Made by a program: the position numbers and the translations under genes
Notes under the pieces: generated by a model
Databases searched by the model: none
What the model was told of the DNA's origin: nothing
Seen by the model: only the letters and a program-made list of their open reading frames with translations
Assembly (NCBI RefSeq): GCF_009914755.1
Contig: NC_060925.1
Origin: the human T2T-CHM13v2.0 reference genome, Homo sapiens
Direction: 5' to 3' (one strand)
Length of the DNA: 64,000 nucleotides
Shown here: positions 27,573 to 43,599 of the stretch, piece after piece
Position numbering within the stretch: the first letter of the stretch is position 1
Layout: the number at the start of each line of letters is the position of its first letter

Positions 27573-27720
27573 ATAGATAAATAGATAGATAGGTAGACAG
27601 ATAGATAGATAGATGAATGGATAGATGGATGGACAGATGGATGGATAGATAGATAGACAGATGGATAGATAGACAGATAGATAGATAGAGGTAAATAGAC
27701 AGATAGGTATAGATAGATAG
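27573..27720. repeat. Compound (TAGA)n/(TGGA)n/(CAGA)n microsatellite
   Basis: About 150 bp of interrupted tetranucleotide units. Confidence 0.93.
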
Positions 27721-28288
27721 AACTGTATCTTGAACATTTCCTGAGTGAATGAATTGTTGAGTTAGTATAATGAGCCTCATAATCTCAAAGTGAAAATACG
27801 CTCATATCATTTTATTTTTTCCAAGAAATTGCCTAAGCACTCATCTGCTGAATAAGCAGGAAGCTCAGTATTTTCCTCCAAGGATTCTCTCTCTTGTTGA
27901 AAAGTCTGAGAATCCAGGTGCTTTCCAGGTTGTAAAGGGTAGATCAGGCTGACTTCCTCCTGAGGCTCACACAGTTGTCCCACTATACCTTCAACACGGA
28001 GTAAGACCTGCATGATCCCACAGCAGATGTTTATCCACTATTGACCTGAGGCCTTGCTGACACAGGTCACCACACAGTTTTCTCAGTTCTTTCAGAGAGC
28101 ATGATCCCATGGCCTCAGAGCCAAGGGCCATCAGTATTCACCTCTGCAGTGCTCTGAGTGTTGTGGCATTAAGGATGCAACATTTTCGAATTCCAGGCAA
28201 ATCCACGTTCTAGGACATCACCAGCCCGAGAAGAGCCGAGTCAGACCTGAACCCTGATGCTCTTGCCTTCCTATGGATCCATCTAGAA

Positions 28289-28515
28289 CAGTTTTCTCAA
28301 CCCACAGTGAGAAATATATTTACTCAACCCAGTATACACACTTGTGCACAGGCACTCATATACATAGATTTGAAACAAAAGTATCACAAAACTTACCTTT
28401 ACTACATATGATCGACATTCCTATAATCTTCCTCTATTCTATTCTGTCATTTTTTTTTTTTTTCAAATACTGGTGGTCCATTAGTGATTCAAGGCCCATA
28501 GTTTGAAAAACACTG
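28289..28515. mobile_element. hAT-Charlie-type MITE
   Basis: Termini cagttttctcaac / gtttgaaaaacactg; similar 8-mer flanks atctagaa / atataaac. Confidence 0.55.
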
Positions 28516-29039
28516 ATATAAACGTTGGCTACTTTTTCTATTTAAACCTTAAAGTCAAAAGGGTCTGATTACGCCCTGTTTCCTTAGACAATAGAGATAA
28601 AGATGAACCCTTTTAAGGAAGCTACCTTCAGAGATCCAGGGGCCCTGTACCCATTCTCATAGGAAGCCTTTCTCAGTGATTTAAAGAGACTGACTCTTCA
28701 GCGAGGCCTCACCCGTACCCCTGTACAAGTGATTTCAAGGTGGTAACACGCTCTCTTCCAGATAATGAGGATGGACTTTCATTGATCGCAAATGATTTTC
28801 TGGCACAACTCTTGCTGGAGAAGAGAACAATTCATTTTTGGATGGCGTCAGGATCTCTTCTGACCTCAACAACGCTAACTAATAGTCAAGTACTACTTTT
28901 AAAAATTAAATAATATTTGAGTTACTCTTGGAGTATACTGGCTGGAAGGGCATATGTGGAAGGCTTTTGTTTTTCCACCTAGGTGCTGGTCCCCTCGGAG
29001 TGTTCAGTTGGTGAAAGATCAGTATGTACCACCCACTCT

Positions 29040-29440
29040 TCAAAACAACTCCGGGAACCTAAATGCCCATCAAGGACTGAACAGATAAATACACTGTGGA
29101 ATATTCACACAATGGAATAATATACAGTAATGTGAGTGAACAATTTGTAATACAGTAATGTGAGTGAACAATTTACAATTACAGGCAATGTGTGGGTCGC
29201 AGGTTAAGGAAAAGGTGCCAGATACAAAATAGCACGTCCCGCATGATTCACTGACGTGAGTTACAAAGTAGGCAAAGCTAATCTATGCTTTCAGACATCA
29301 GAACGGTGATAGTGATTATACCGGGGCATAGTGACAGGAATAGAGCACAAGGCAGTTGCTGAGAGCCAGGAAATGTTCTGTTTCATGATCAAGGCACTGG
29401 TTACAAGGGTGTGTTAAGTTTGTGAAAATTCAGGACACAT
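29040..29440 (+). mobile_element. L1ME-type 3' fragment with a 28-bp internal tandem duplication
   Basis: cctaaatgcccatca...gtggaatattcacacaatggaata; atacagtaatgtgagtgaacaattt at 29122 and 29150. Confidence 0.75.
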
Positions 29441-29449
29441 TAACAATTG

Positions 29450-29600
29450 CAACAGCTTTATAAGGAAATGATTGTTACTATTTCCATTTGTAGGTGGGTA
29501 CTCTGAGGTTCAGAAAGGCTGATGACTTGGTCAGGCCACATGTTCTTGTAAGTGGCAGGGCCATGAGTGGATCCGGGCTGTCTGCCTCCAGGGGCCCAGG
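29450..29600 (-). mobile_element. MIR
   Basis: ttccatttgtaggtgggtactctgaggttcagaaagg...gacttggtcaggccaca. Confidence 0.65.
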
Positions 29601-30687
29601 AGCATAACCAGCCTGGGGAGTGATACCAGCCTGGGAATTACAGCCCTGACTCTGTGAAGGAGCTTCCTACCAGGCTTTTCACATACCCTGTGATAATGCT
29701 GTGGCAGGCTTCCCTGTGTCTATTACACTCAGTCTGTAATGGAAATGCCTTACTTAGATCCTAATCATGGTGTTTAATGTATAAAGACAGAAATCAATCA
29801 CACAGAAAGGCTGCATACAAATAACCAGTGTTTTGTACAACATAAAAAAGTAATTTGTATACATAAGCCAACATAAGACTAATCTAAAATACATAAAAAT
29901 ATATTGTAGAGTCCAAACTTTTTTTATATTAAATATCAATAGAATTTTTCAGAGTAGTATCACGTTTACAGATAAATGGAATACAAACTACAGAGTTCTG
30001 ATATAACCCTAGCCCCCACCACTACCAGTTTCTTCCATTAACATCTTGCTTGTCTATTTCCTCAATGGCAACGGGACAAATATAAAAGCTTCCAGTTGCT
30101 GTCAGCCAGATCTTATGAGCAAAGTATCTCTCCTGAAAGGTAGGATTTGGCTTACATAATTGATGCCCTTTGATCATATCAAACTGCTTAAAATCCACAG
30201 AATATGAAATAAGAGCTCACATGTTAACTTTTGGCTGTCTTTCTAGGTATTTAAATAGGAGATAAAAGTAGACATTAATGTTTCATCTCCTCTTCTGGGA
30301 AAGCAGTGGGCCCTGCAAGTGGGCATGGGAGAATAAAGCTTGCCTTAAGATGTATACTTGGGAGACAAATATGTTCAAATCCCAGGTCTCAGTTGAGGCA
30401 GCCTTGAGAAGCAAAGTGTAGTTAGTACCTGTTGGAATGCTTTAGGCTGCAAATGACAGCCAGGTGCAAAGTGATAGAGTAGTGGTTAAGTCTGTGGACT
30501 CTGGGCCATATCTAGGTTCAAATCCTAGGTTCATCACTTAACTAGCTGATATAGAGTAATATATAATCTCTTTCAACTTTTTTCCTTTGAAATGGGAAAT
30601 TAAATGTATAATCAGAGTGTACATGGAGTAAATTCATCTGACTTCCTGGAAAGAAACCTTTGATGAGGTCATACATGGAAAGATGAT

Positions 30688-31037
30688 TGTATTAGTCCAT
30701 TTTCATAATGCTGTAAAGAAATACCCAAGACTGGGTAATTTATAAAGGAAAGAGGTGTAATTGACTCACAGTTCTGCATGGTTGGGGAGGCTTCAGGAAA
30801 CTTACAATCATGGTGGAAGGGGAAGCAGGCACTTTCTTCACAAGGTGGCAGGAAAGAGAAGAGCAAAGCGAAGTGGGAAGAGTCCCTTATAAAACCATCA
30901 GGTCTCATGAGAACTCATCATCACAAGAACAACATGGGGAAATAGCCCCCATGATCCAATCACCTCCTGGCCTCGACATGTTGGGATTTACAGTTTGAGA
31001 TGAGATTAAGGTGGGGACACAAAGCTAAACCATATCA
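30688..31037 (-). mobile_element. THE1C/D MaLR solo LTR
   Basis: tgtattagtccattttcat...aaaccatatca; perfect 5-bp TSD ATGAT. Confidence 0.92.
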
Positions 31038-31385
31038 ATGATGAATAAGAAGAAAGCTTCAGAAACTCTTGGCATTGTATCCAAGTCACTTAAACAAGCT
31101 ACAGTGGACAATGGAGGCCATTTTAAAAGTGGTTTATGACCAAATTCTTTGGTAAATGTTAAGTAGGATTTTATGAGGTTATTCTCATGATCTCCAATAG
31201 TTTAAAAGCTTAGAAACAACTATATTCTGAAATGCAAAAGTAGGAGAAATTGTTATTGAGCACCATGATACATATATTTAAGGTCAAGATAATATATTAT
31301 GAAAAACCCCAATTTATAAATATACTTTTCATTAGAAAGTATATGGGTTTTGTGCTGTACTACTTTTAGTACAGTAATTCACTGC

Positions 31386-32069
<684 letters not shown>

Positions 32070-33649
32070 GCTGTATAATGACATTTTGGTCAGTGATGAA
32101 CCACATATTCAACAGTGGTCCCATAAGATTGTTATTTATCCTAAAATAAAAATTTAATTAAAAAATACAATAAATTATGATAATAGTAAGTGGACTGCTT
32201 AAGTCTGTTTCCCTTCCTAAGGCACATGTTCTATCAATAAGCAGTTTCAGTAAGCATGCAGCATGTTGCTTTGGTTGACATCCCCATCATAAGTTATTAC
32301 TTTCTTGATTAAATTTTTTACTTTGAGATAATTTTAGATTCACAGAGTTGTAAGAAATAATACAAAGAGATCCCATGTATCCTTTATGCAGTTTCCCCCA
32401 ACGTTGACATCTTTCAAAACTATAATACAATATCAACCTGGATATTTATAGTGATACAGTGCACCAATATTATTGAGTTCCCCAATTTGACTTTTATTCA
32501 TTTGTGTGTGTGCATGTATACAAACTTTGTTCTGTACAATTTTATCCCACGTGTAGCTTCCTGTATCCATCACTAGAGTCAAAATACAGGACAGTTCCAT
32601 CATCACAAAGATCCCTCATGTTCTATTATAACCACACCCTCTTCTTTCCAGTCTCTAGCAAACACCAATCTCTGTTTTTATAATTTTGCTATTTCAATAA
32701 TTTATACAAATGGAATTATAAAGAATGTAACCTTTTAGGATTATATTTTTTCACTCAGCATAATTCTCTAGAGATTTATCCAGGTTGTTGAGTGTATCAA
32801 TAGTTCAATCTTTTTCATGGCTGAGTAGTATTTCGTGGCAGTGATATACCACAATTTGTTCAACATTCACCCTTTGAAAGATATCTGGATTGTTTTCAGT
32901 TTGAGGCTATTGCAAATATAGCTGCTACTAATATTTTTGAATAGGCTTTTATGTGAACATAAGTTTTTATTTTTCTGGGATAAATGCCCAGTAGTGCAAT
33001 TGGCGGGTTGTATGATAATTGCATGATTCATCTTTTAAAACATTGTCAAACTATTTTCCGAAGTGGCTGTACCATTTTACATCACCACCAGCAACGTATG
33101 AGTAATTCAGTTTCTCTGCATCCTTGCTAGCACTTGGTCTTGTCACTATTTTTTGTTAGCCATTTTGATAGGTATGTAGTAGTATCTCATTGTGGTTTAA
33201 ATTTACATTTTCCTAATGGCTAATAACATTGAAAATATTTTCATGTGTTTTATTTCCATCTGTGTATCTTCTTTGGTGAAATGTCTCTTCATGTATTTTT
33301 CCCATTTTCTAATTGAATTGTTTTTTTTTCACTGTTTTTTCTTTACATATTCTAGATATTAGTGCTTTTTCAGATATGTGATTTGCATATACTTTCACTA
33401 TGTAGCTTGTCTTTCCTCTTATTAATGTGATTTTTTGCAGATCAAAAGTTTATAATTTTGATAAAGTCCAATGTATCAGTTTTTTCCTTTATGATTGTGT
33501 TTTTAGTGTCAAATCTAAGAACTCTTTGCCTGGCTCTAAACTCCACAATTTTCCTCTTACTTTTTTTCTATAAGTTGTATAATTTTATACATGGTAAGTT
33601 AATGATCCATTTTGAGTTAATTTTTGTATACAATGTGGTATATAGGACA

Positions 33650-33651
<2 letters not shown>

Positions 33652-33695
<44 letters not shown>
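33652..33695. repeat. (GT)n microsatellite, about 22 units
   Basis: Pure GT run. Confidence 0.95.
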
Positions 33696-33698
<3 letters not shown>

Positions 33699-33937
33699 TC
33701 TTGCCTATGTATGTCTGTCCAATTGCTCCAGCCCCATTTATTGAAAGGCTATCTTTCCTCCATTGAATTGCTTTTGTACATTTGTCAAAAACCAGTTGGG
33801 CTTATTTTGTGGGTGTATTTCTGAGTTCTCTATCCTGTTTCCTTAATCTATGTGTCTGTCTCTCTACCAAAACAATACAGTTTTGATTACTGTAGCTGTA
33901 TATTAAGTCTTGAAATCAGGTAAACTGAATCTTTTCA

Positions 33938-34249
<312 letters not shown>

Positions 34250-34684
34250 CTTTCAATTTATTTTTCTTTTTCAAAGTAATTTTAGCTATGTTACTTTCTT
34301 TACCTTTCCATATATATCTTAGGATAATCTTGTCTCTATCAACAAAAACATCTTACCGTGATAGGAATTACATTACACTTGTATATTAATTTAGGGAAAA
34401 TCAATATCTTCATTAAGTTGTCTTCCAATCCATGAACACACTATGTTTTGCCATTGCTCTTTTTTTTCTTAATACATTAAGTTCTAGGGTACATATGAAC
34501 AGCGTGCAAGTTTGTTACATGGCTATACATGTACCATGTTGTTTTGCTGGACCCGTTAACTCGTCATTTACATTAGGTATTTCTCCTAATGCTATCCCTC
34601 CCCCAGTCCTGGGGCCTGGGGCCAGTCCCATGACAGGCCCTGGGGTGTGATGTTCCCTGCCCTGTGTCCAAGTGATCTCATTGT

Positions 34685-38507
<3,823 letters not shown>

Positions 38508-38570
38508 TATGATGTTAGCTGGTTATTTTGCCTGTTAGTTGGTGCAGTTTCTTCCTAGCATTGATGGTCT

Positions 38571-39595
38571 TTAAAAGTTGGCATGTTTTTGCAGTGGCTG
38601 GTACTGGTCGTTCCTTTTCATGTTAAGTGCTTCCTTCAGGAGCTCTTGTAAGGCAGGCCTGGTGGTGACAAAATCTCTCAGCATTTGCTTGTCTGTAAAG
38701 GATTTTCTTTCTCCTTCATTTATGAAGCTTAGTTTGGCTGAATATGAAGTTCTGGGTTGAAAATTCATTTATTCAAGAAAGTTGAATGTTGGCCCCTACT
38801 CTCTTCTGGCTTTTAGAGTTTCTGCAGAGAGATCCACTGTTAGTCTGATGGGCTTCCCTTTGTGGGTAACCCGACCTTTCTCTCTGGCTGCCCTTAACAT
38901 TTTTTCCTTCATTTCAACCTTGGTGAATCTGACAATTATGTGTCTTGGGGTTGCTCTTCTTGAGGAGTATTTTTGTGGTGTTCTCTGTATTTCCGAATTT
39001 GAATGTTGGCTTGCCTTGCTAGGTTGGGGAAGTTCTCCTGGATAATATCCTGAAGAGTGTTTTCCAGCTTGGTTCCATTCTCCCCGTCACTTTCAGGTAT
39101 ACCAATCAGATGTAGATTTGGTCTTTTCACATAGACCCATATTTCTTTGAGGATTTGTTCGTTTCTTTTCACTCTTTTTTCTCTAAACTTCTCTTCTTTC
39201 TTTATTTCATTTATTTCATCTTCAATCACTGATACCCTTTTTTCCACTTGATCGAATTGGCTATTGAAACTTGTTTATGTGTCATGTAGTTCTTGTGCCA
39301 TAGTTTTCAGCTCCATCAGGTCATTTAAGGTCTTCTCTATACTGCTTATTCTAGTAAGCCATTTGTCTAATCTTTTTTCAAGGTTTTTATCTTCCTTCCG
39401 ATGGGTTCGAACATCTTCCTTTAGCTCGGAGGAGTTTGCTATTACTGACCTTCTGAAGCCTTCTTCTGTCAGCTTGTCAAAGTCATTCTCCATCCAGCTT
39501 TGTTCTGTTGCTGGAGAGGAGCTGCAATCCTTTGGAGGAGAAGAGACGCTCTGGTTTTTAGAATTTTCAGCTTTTCTGCTCTGGTTTCTCCCCAT
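38571..39595 (-). pseudogene. L1 ORF1, disrupted
   Basis: MGRNQSRKAENSKNQ..., YVKRPNLHLIGIPE, RDFVTTRPALQELLKEAL in separate frames. Confidence 0.93.
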
Positions 39596-40607
39596 CTTTG
39601 TGGTTTTATCTACTTTTGGTCTTTGATGTTAGTGACCTACAGATCGGGTTTTGGTGTGGATGTCCTTTTTGTTGACGTTGATGCTATTCCTTTCTGTTTG
39701 TTAGTTTTTCTTCTAACAGTCAGGTCCCTCAGCTGCAGGTCTGTTGCAGCTTGCTGGAGGTCCACTGCAGACCCTGTTTGCCTGGGTATCACCAGCAGAG
39801 GCTGCAGAACAGCAAATATTGCAGAAGAGCAAATACTGCTGCCTGATCCTTCCTCTGGAAGCTTCGTCCCAGAAGGGCACCCACCTGTATGAGGTGTCAG
39901 TTGGCCCCTACTGGAAGTTGTCTCCCAGTTAGGCTACATGGGGTCAGGGACCTACTTGAGGAGGCCGTCTGTCCATTCTCCGAGCTCAAACTCTTTGCTG
40001 GGAGAACCACTGCTCTCTTCAGAGCTGTCAGACAGGGACGCTTAAGTCTGCAGAAGTTTCTGCTGCCTTTTGTTCAGCTATGCCCTACCCCAGAGGTGGA
40101 GTCTACAGAGGCAGCAGGCCTGGCTGAGCTGCGGTGGGCTCTGCCCAGTTTGAGCTTCCTGGGCTGCTTTGTTTACCTACTCAAGTCTCAGCAATGATGG
40201 ATGCCCCTCCCCCTGCCAGACTGCTGCCTTGCAGGCTGATCTCAGACTGCTGCACTAGCAGTGAGCAAGGCTTGGTGGGAATGGGACCCACCAAGCCAGA
40301 CACGGGATATAATCTCCTGGTGTGCTGTTTGCTAAGACCTTTGGAAAAGCGCAGTATTTGGGCGCAAGTGTTCCATTTTTCCAGGTACCACTGTCATGGC
40401 TTCCCTTGACTAGGGAAAGGAAATTCCCTGACCCCTTGCACTTTCCGGGTGAGGCGATGCCCTGCCCTGCTTTGGCTTGCCCACTGTCTAACCAGTCCCA
40501 GTGACATAAACCTGGCACCTCAGTCGGAAATGCAGAAATCACCTGTCTTCTGCATTGATCACCCTGGGAGCTGCAGACTGGAGCTGTTCCTATTTGGCCA
40601 TCTTGGA

Positions 40608-40786
40608 AGAATGTGCATTTTTAACAGGGACTTCAGGGACTTGTGAGTTGAAAACCATGGAACTATATCAGACTACCTCAAAAATATCCCCAAATGTTTA
40701 TAAACAAAGCCAAGGCCATGCATTCAGGCCCGGTGAGGTCCAGGAACTGTGCAAGAGGCCTCTGGCTCAGAGGGGCTGAAACAGGT
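40608..40786 (-). other. Putative L1 5'-transduced segment (about 180 bp, non-L1)
   Basis: Lies between the L1 5' end and the upstream TSD copy; ends in TT|AAAAATGCACATT directly before the L1. Confidence 0.7.
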
Positions 40787-41956
40787 CTATTTTGCCATTT
40801 CTTTAGATCTTCTTTGATATTTTTTATTAGCATTGTTTAGTTTTGGGAACATAAATCTTGTATATGTTTTGTTAAATTTATACCTTAAGTAATTCACTTT
40901 TATTGAACAATTTATAAATAGTACAAGTATTTTTCCTTTCTGTGTCCCTGTGTTTATTGCTAGTATATAAGAATACAGTTGATTTTTGTATATTTATCTT
41001 GTATCCTGCAAACTTGCTGAACTCATTTATTTCTTGGAGTATTTTTGTTGATTACTTATCACTTTCTCTGTACACAATCATGTAATTTTAAAATAGAAAT
41101 AGTTTCATTTATGTCTTCCTTATTTGAATGCTTTTAAGTTTTCTTTCCTTGCCTTATTGCTTATTAACTTTTGCCACTATTTTGAGTAAGATTGGTGAGG
41201 GTGGACATATTTGCCTTATTTCTGATCTTAGGGGAAAAGCCTCATTTTTTACCAAGTATAGTGTTAGCTGTAGGGTTTTTGTTGTAGATGGTCTTTATCA
41301 TGCTGGGGAAATTATCTTCTAGTCTTATTTTTCTGAGTTTTTATGATGAATGGGTGCTGATTTTGTCAAATGTTTTTTCTGCATTGATTGATATGCATGT
41401 GGCTCTTCATTTTTAGCCTGTTAATGGGTTGAATTACACTGATTGATTTTCAAATACTGAATCAGGCGTGCAACCCTGGTATAAATCTCACTTGGTCAGA
41501 GAATATAATTCTATGCTGAATTCAATTTGCTAATACTTTGTTAAGGATTTTTGTGTTTATATCATGAGGGATATTGATCTTTAGTTTTCTTTTTGCACTG
41601 TCTTTACCTGGTTTTGGTATTAAGACAATACTAACCTCGTAAAATGAATTGGGAAATATTCATGCCTATTCTATTTCCTGGAAAAGATTGTATAGAATTA
41701 GTGTTAATTCTTTTTTAAATGTTTGGTAAAGTTCTCCAGTGAAACCATCTGGATGTGGAGATTTCATTTTTGGGAGTTTTAAGATTACAAATTCAATTTC
41801 CTTCATAGTTACAAATCTGAATTATCTATTTCATATAAGTAATTTGTGGCACTTTGTATTTTCTGAGGAATTGGTCCATTTCATCTAACTTGTCAAATTT
41901 ACATATGTAGACTTGTTAATATGCATGTAGACTTTTAAATAATCAGGGAATACTAC

Positions 41957-42516
41957 TGTGTCCAGAGTTGGTTCCTTCTGGTGGTTTCTTGGTCTTACTG
42001 ACTCCAATAGTGAAGCCGCAGACCTTCGTGGTGAGTGTTACAGCTCTTAAAGGTGGCACGGACACAAAGAGTGAGCAGCAGCAAGATTTATTGTGAAGAG
42101 CAAAAGAACAAAGCTTCCCAGAGTGGAAGGGGACCTGAGTGGGTTGCTGCTGCTGACTGGGGTGGCCAGCTTTTATTCCCTTATTTGTCCCCACCCACAT
42201 CCTGCTGATTGGTCCATTTTACAGAGCACCAATTGGTCCATTTTACAGAGTGATGATTGGTGCATTTACAATCTTTTAGCTAGACACAGAGCACTGATTG
42301 GTGTTTTTTTACAAAGTGTTGATTGGTGCATTTGCAATCCTTTAACTAGGCACAGAGTGCCGATTGGTGCGTTTTTTACAGAGTGCTGATTGGTGCATGT
42401 ACAATCCTTTAGCTAGACTCAGAGCACTGACTGGTGCATTTACAGTCCTCTAGCTAGACAGAAAAGTTCTCCAAGTCCCCACTCAACCTAGGAAGTTCAG
42501 CTGGCTTCACCTCTCA
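41957..42516 (-). mobile_element. 3' LTR (560 bp, 8 CCAAT-type U3 units)
   Basis: TG...CA ends; PPT TTTAGAGGGGGGAT adjacent at 42517-42530. Confidence 0.93.
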
Positions 42517-42529
42517 ATCCCCCCTCTAA

Positions 42530-43425
42530 ATAGGACACCCCAACTGCTGTTGGGAATTGGGCAATGACTGTTCTAGCTACTTCCTGCTGGATAGGGGCAA
42601 AGAAAGGGCCCTGCAGTTGTAGTGTCCTCCAGAGGGGAACTCTTTAGGCCAGTCAAAGGGCCAGCAGGTCAGTCCAAGGGTCCTCAGTAGAAGTGGTTAG
42701 TTGAGCTCATTTGGGGTTCCACTTGTAAGACCATCTGTAGTTTGATGGCCTCGATCCTACAGGAAACAAATTTGACAAGGAGGTTAAAAATACAGGGCCT
42801 GAAGGTGAGTAATAGCAAGATGTCTGTCACGGGACCTAGAAAGGGGAGAAGCCATGTCGCCCAACTTCAGAAGTTGGTATAAGAGTTTGAAAGGCATTAT
42901 CTGATTTCAGAAGCCGTTTCCTGTAAATGCCGGGGGGCATCTCATACTATCCCTGACTGAAGTGTAAAAACAACACTCTTCCCCTAAGAAGGTGCAGAGT
43001 CCTCCTTTCTCAGAAGTGAGGAGGTCTAGGCCTTGGCAGTTTTGGAGAGTCTCTGCTGCCAAAGGGTCTATTTGAGATTGTAGAGTAAGGATAGATTTCA
43101 TTATTTCTTGCAAACTGTCTGAGAAATCCTTTGAGATTGTGTGGTAGTAGGATAGTGAAGTGGACAAACTTGCTAGTCTGGTTCCTGTAGCAGTGGCCAT
43201 TCCTAACCCTATAAGTAGGGGTATTAGTTGTATGGCCCTGCACTTATGCACTTGAACTTTGAGGGACACTGATAGGGTCTGATTTCCTGGGGCAATGTTA
43301 ATGTTGGGACTTAGGAAGACTAAGGTGCAGGTGCCTGTCCTGTTGGTGGGGAGGCAGATATAGGTTGAAGTTCCACATAAGAAGAATATGCCTTGGCTGG
43401 GTAGACAGAAATTTACCCTGGCTTT
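42530..43425 (-). pseudogene. ERV9 env relic (end of SU plus TM)
   Basis: FLCGTSTYICLP, fusion peptide AIQLIPLLIGLGM, ISD LQNCQGLDLLTSEKGGL, CX6CC CTFLGEECC; frameshifted before the membrane anchor. Confidence 0.9.
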
Positions 43426-43599
43426 TAAAGGAATAGGGTACACTGTTTTTTCCTTACTACTTCTATCACTCTCTTTTTCTCTCTTTCCTTCTCTGTCTCT
43501 CTTTTTCTCTCTCTCTGACTTTCTCTCTGGCTCCTTCTTTTTCTCTTTGTCTCTTCCTCTTTCTCTCTCTTTCCTTCTCTTTGTCTTTCTCTGCCTCTG

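Noticed and set aside
27532-27780. ORFs with (LSIY/H)n repeats
   Set aside because: Translation of the (TAGA)n microsatellite.
27807-28013. 68-aa ORF with protein-like composition
   Set aside because: Short, closed by an in-frame stop just upstream, no recognisable homology or convincing splice sites.
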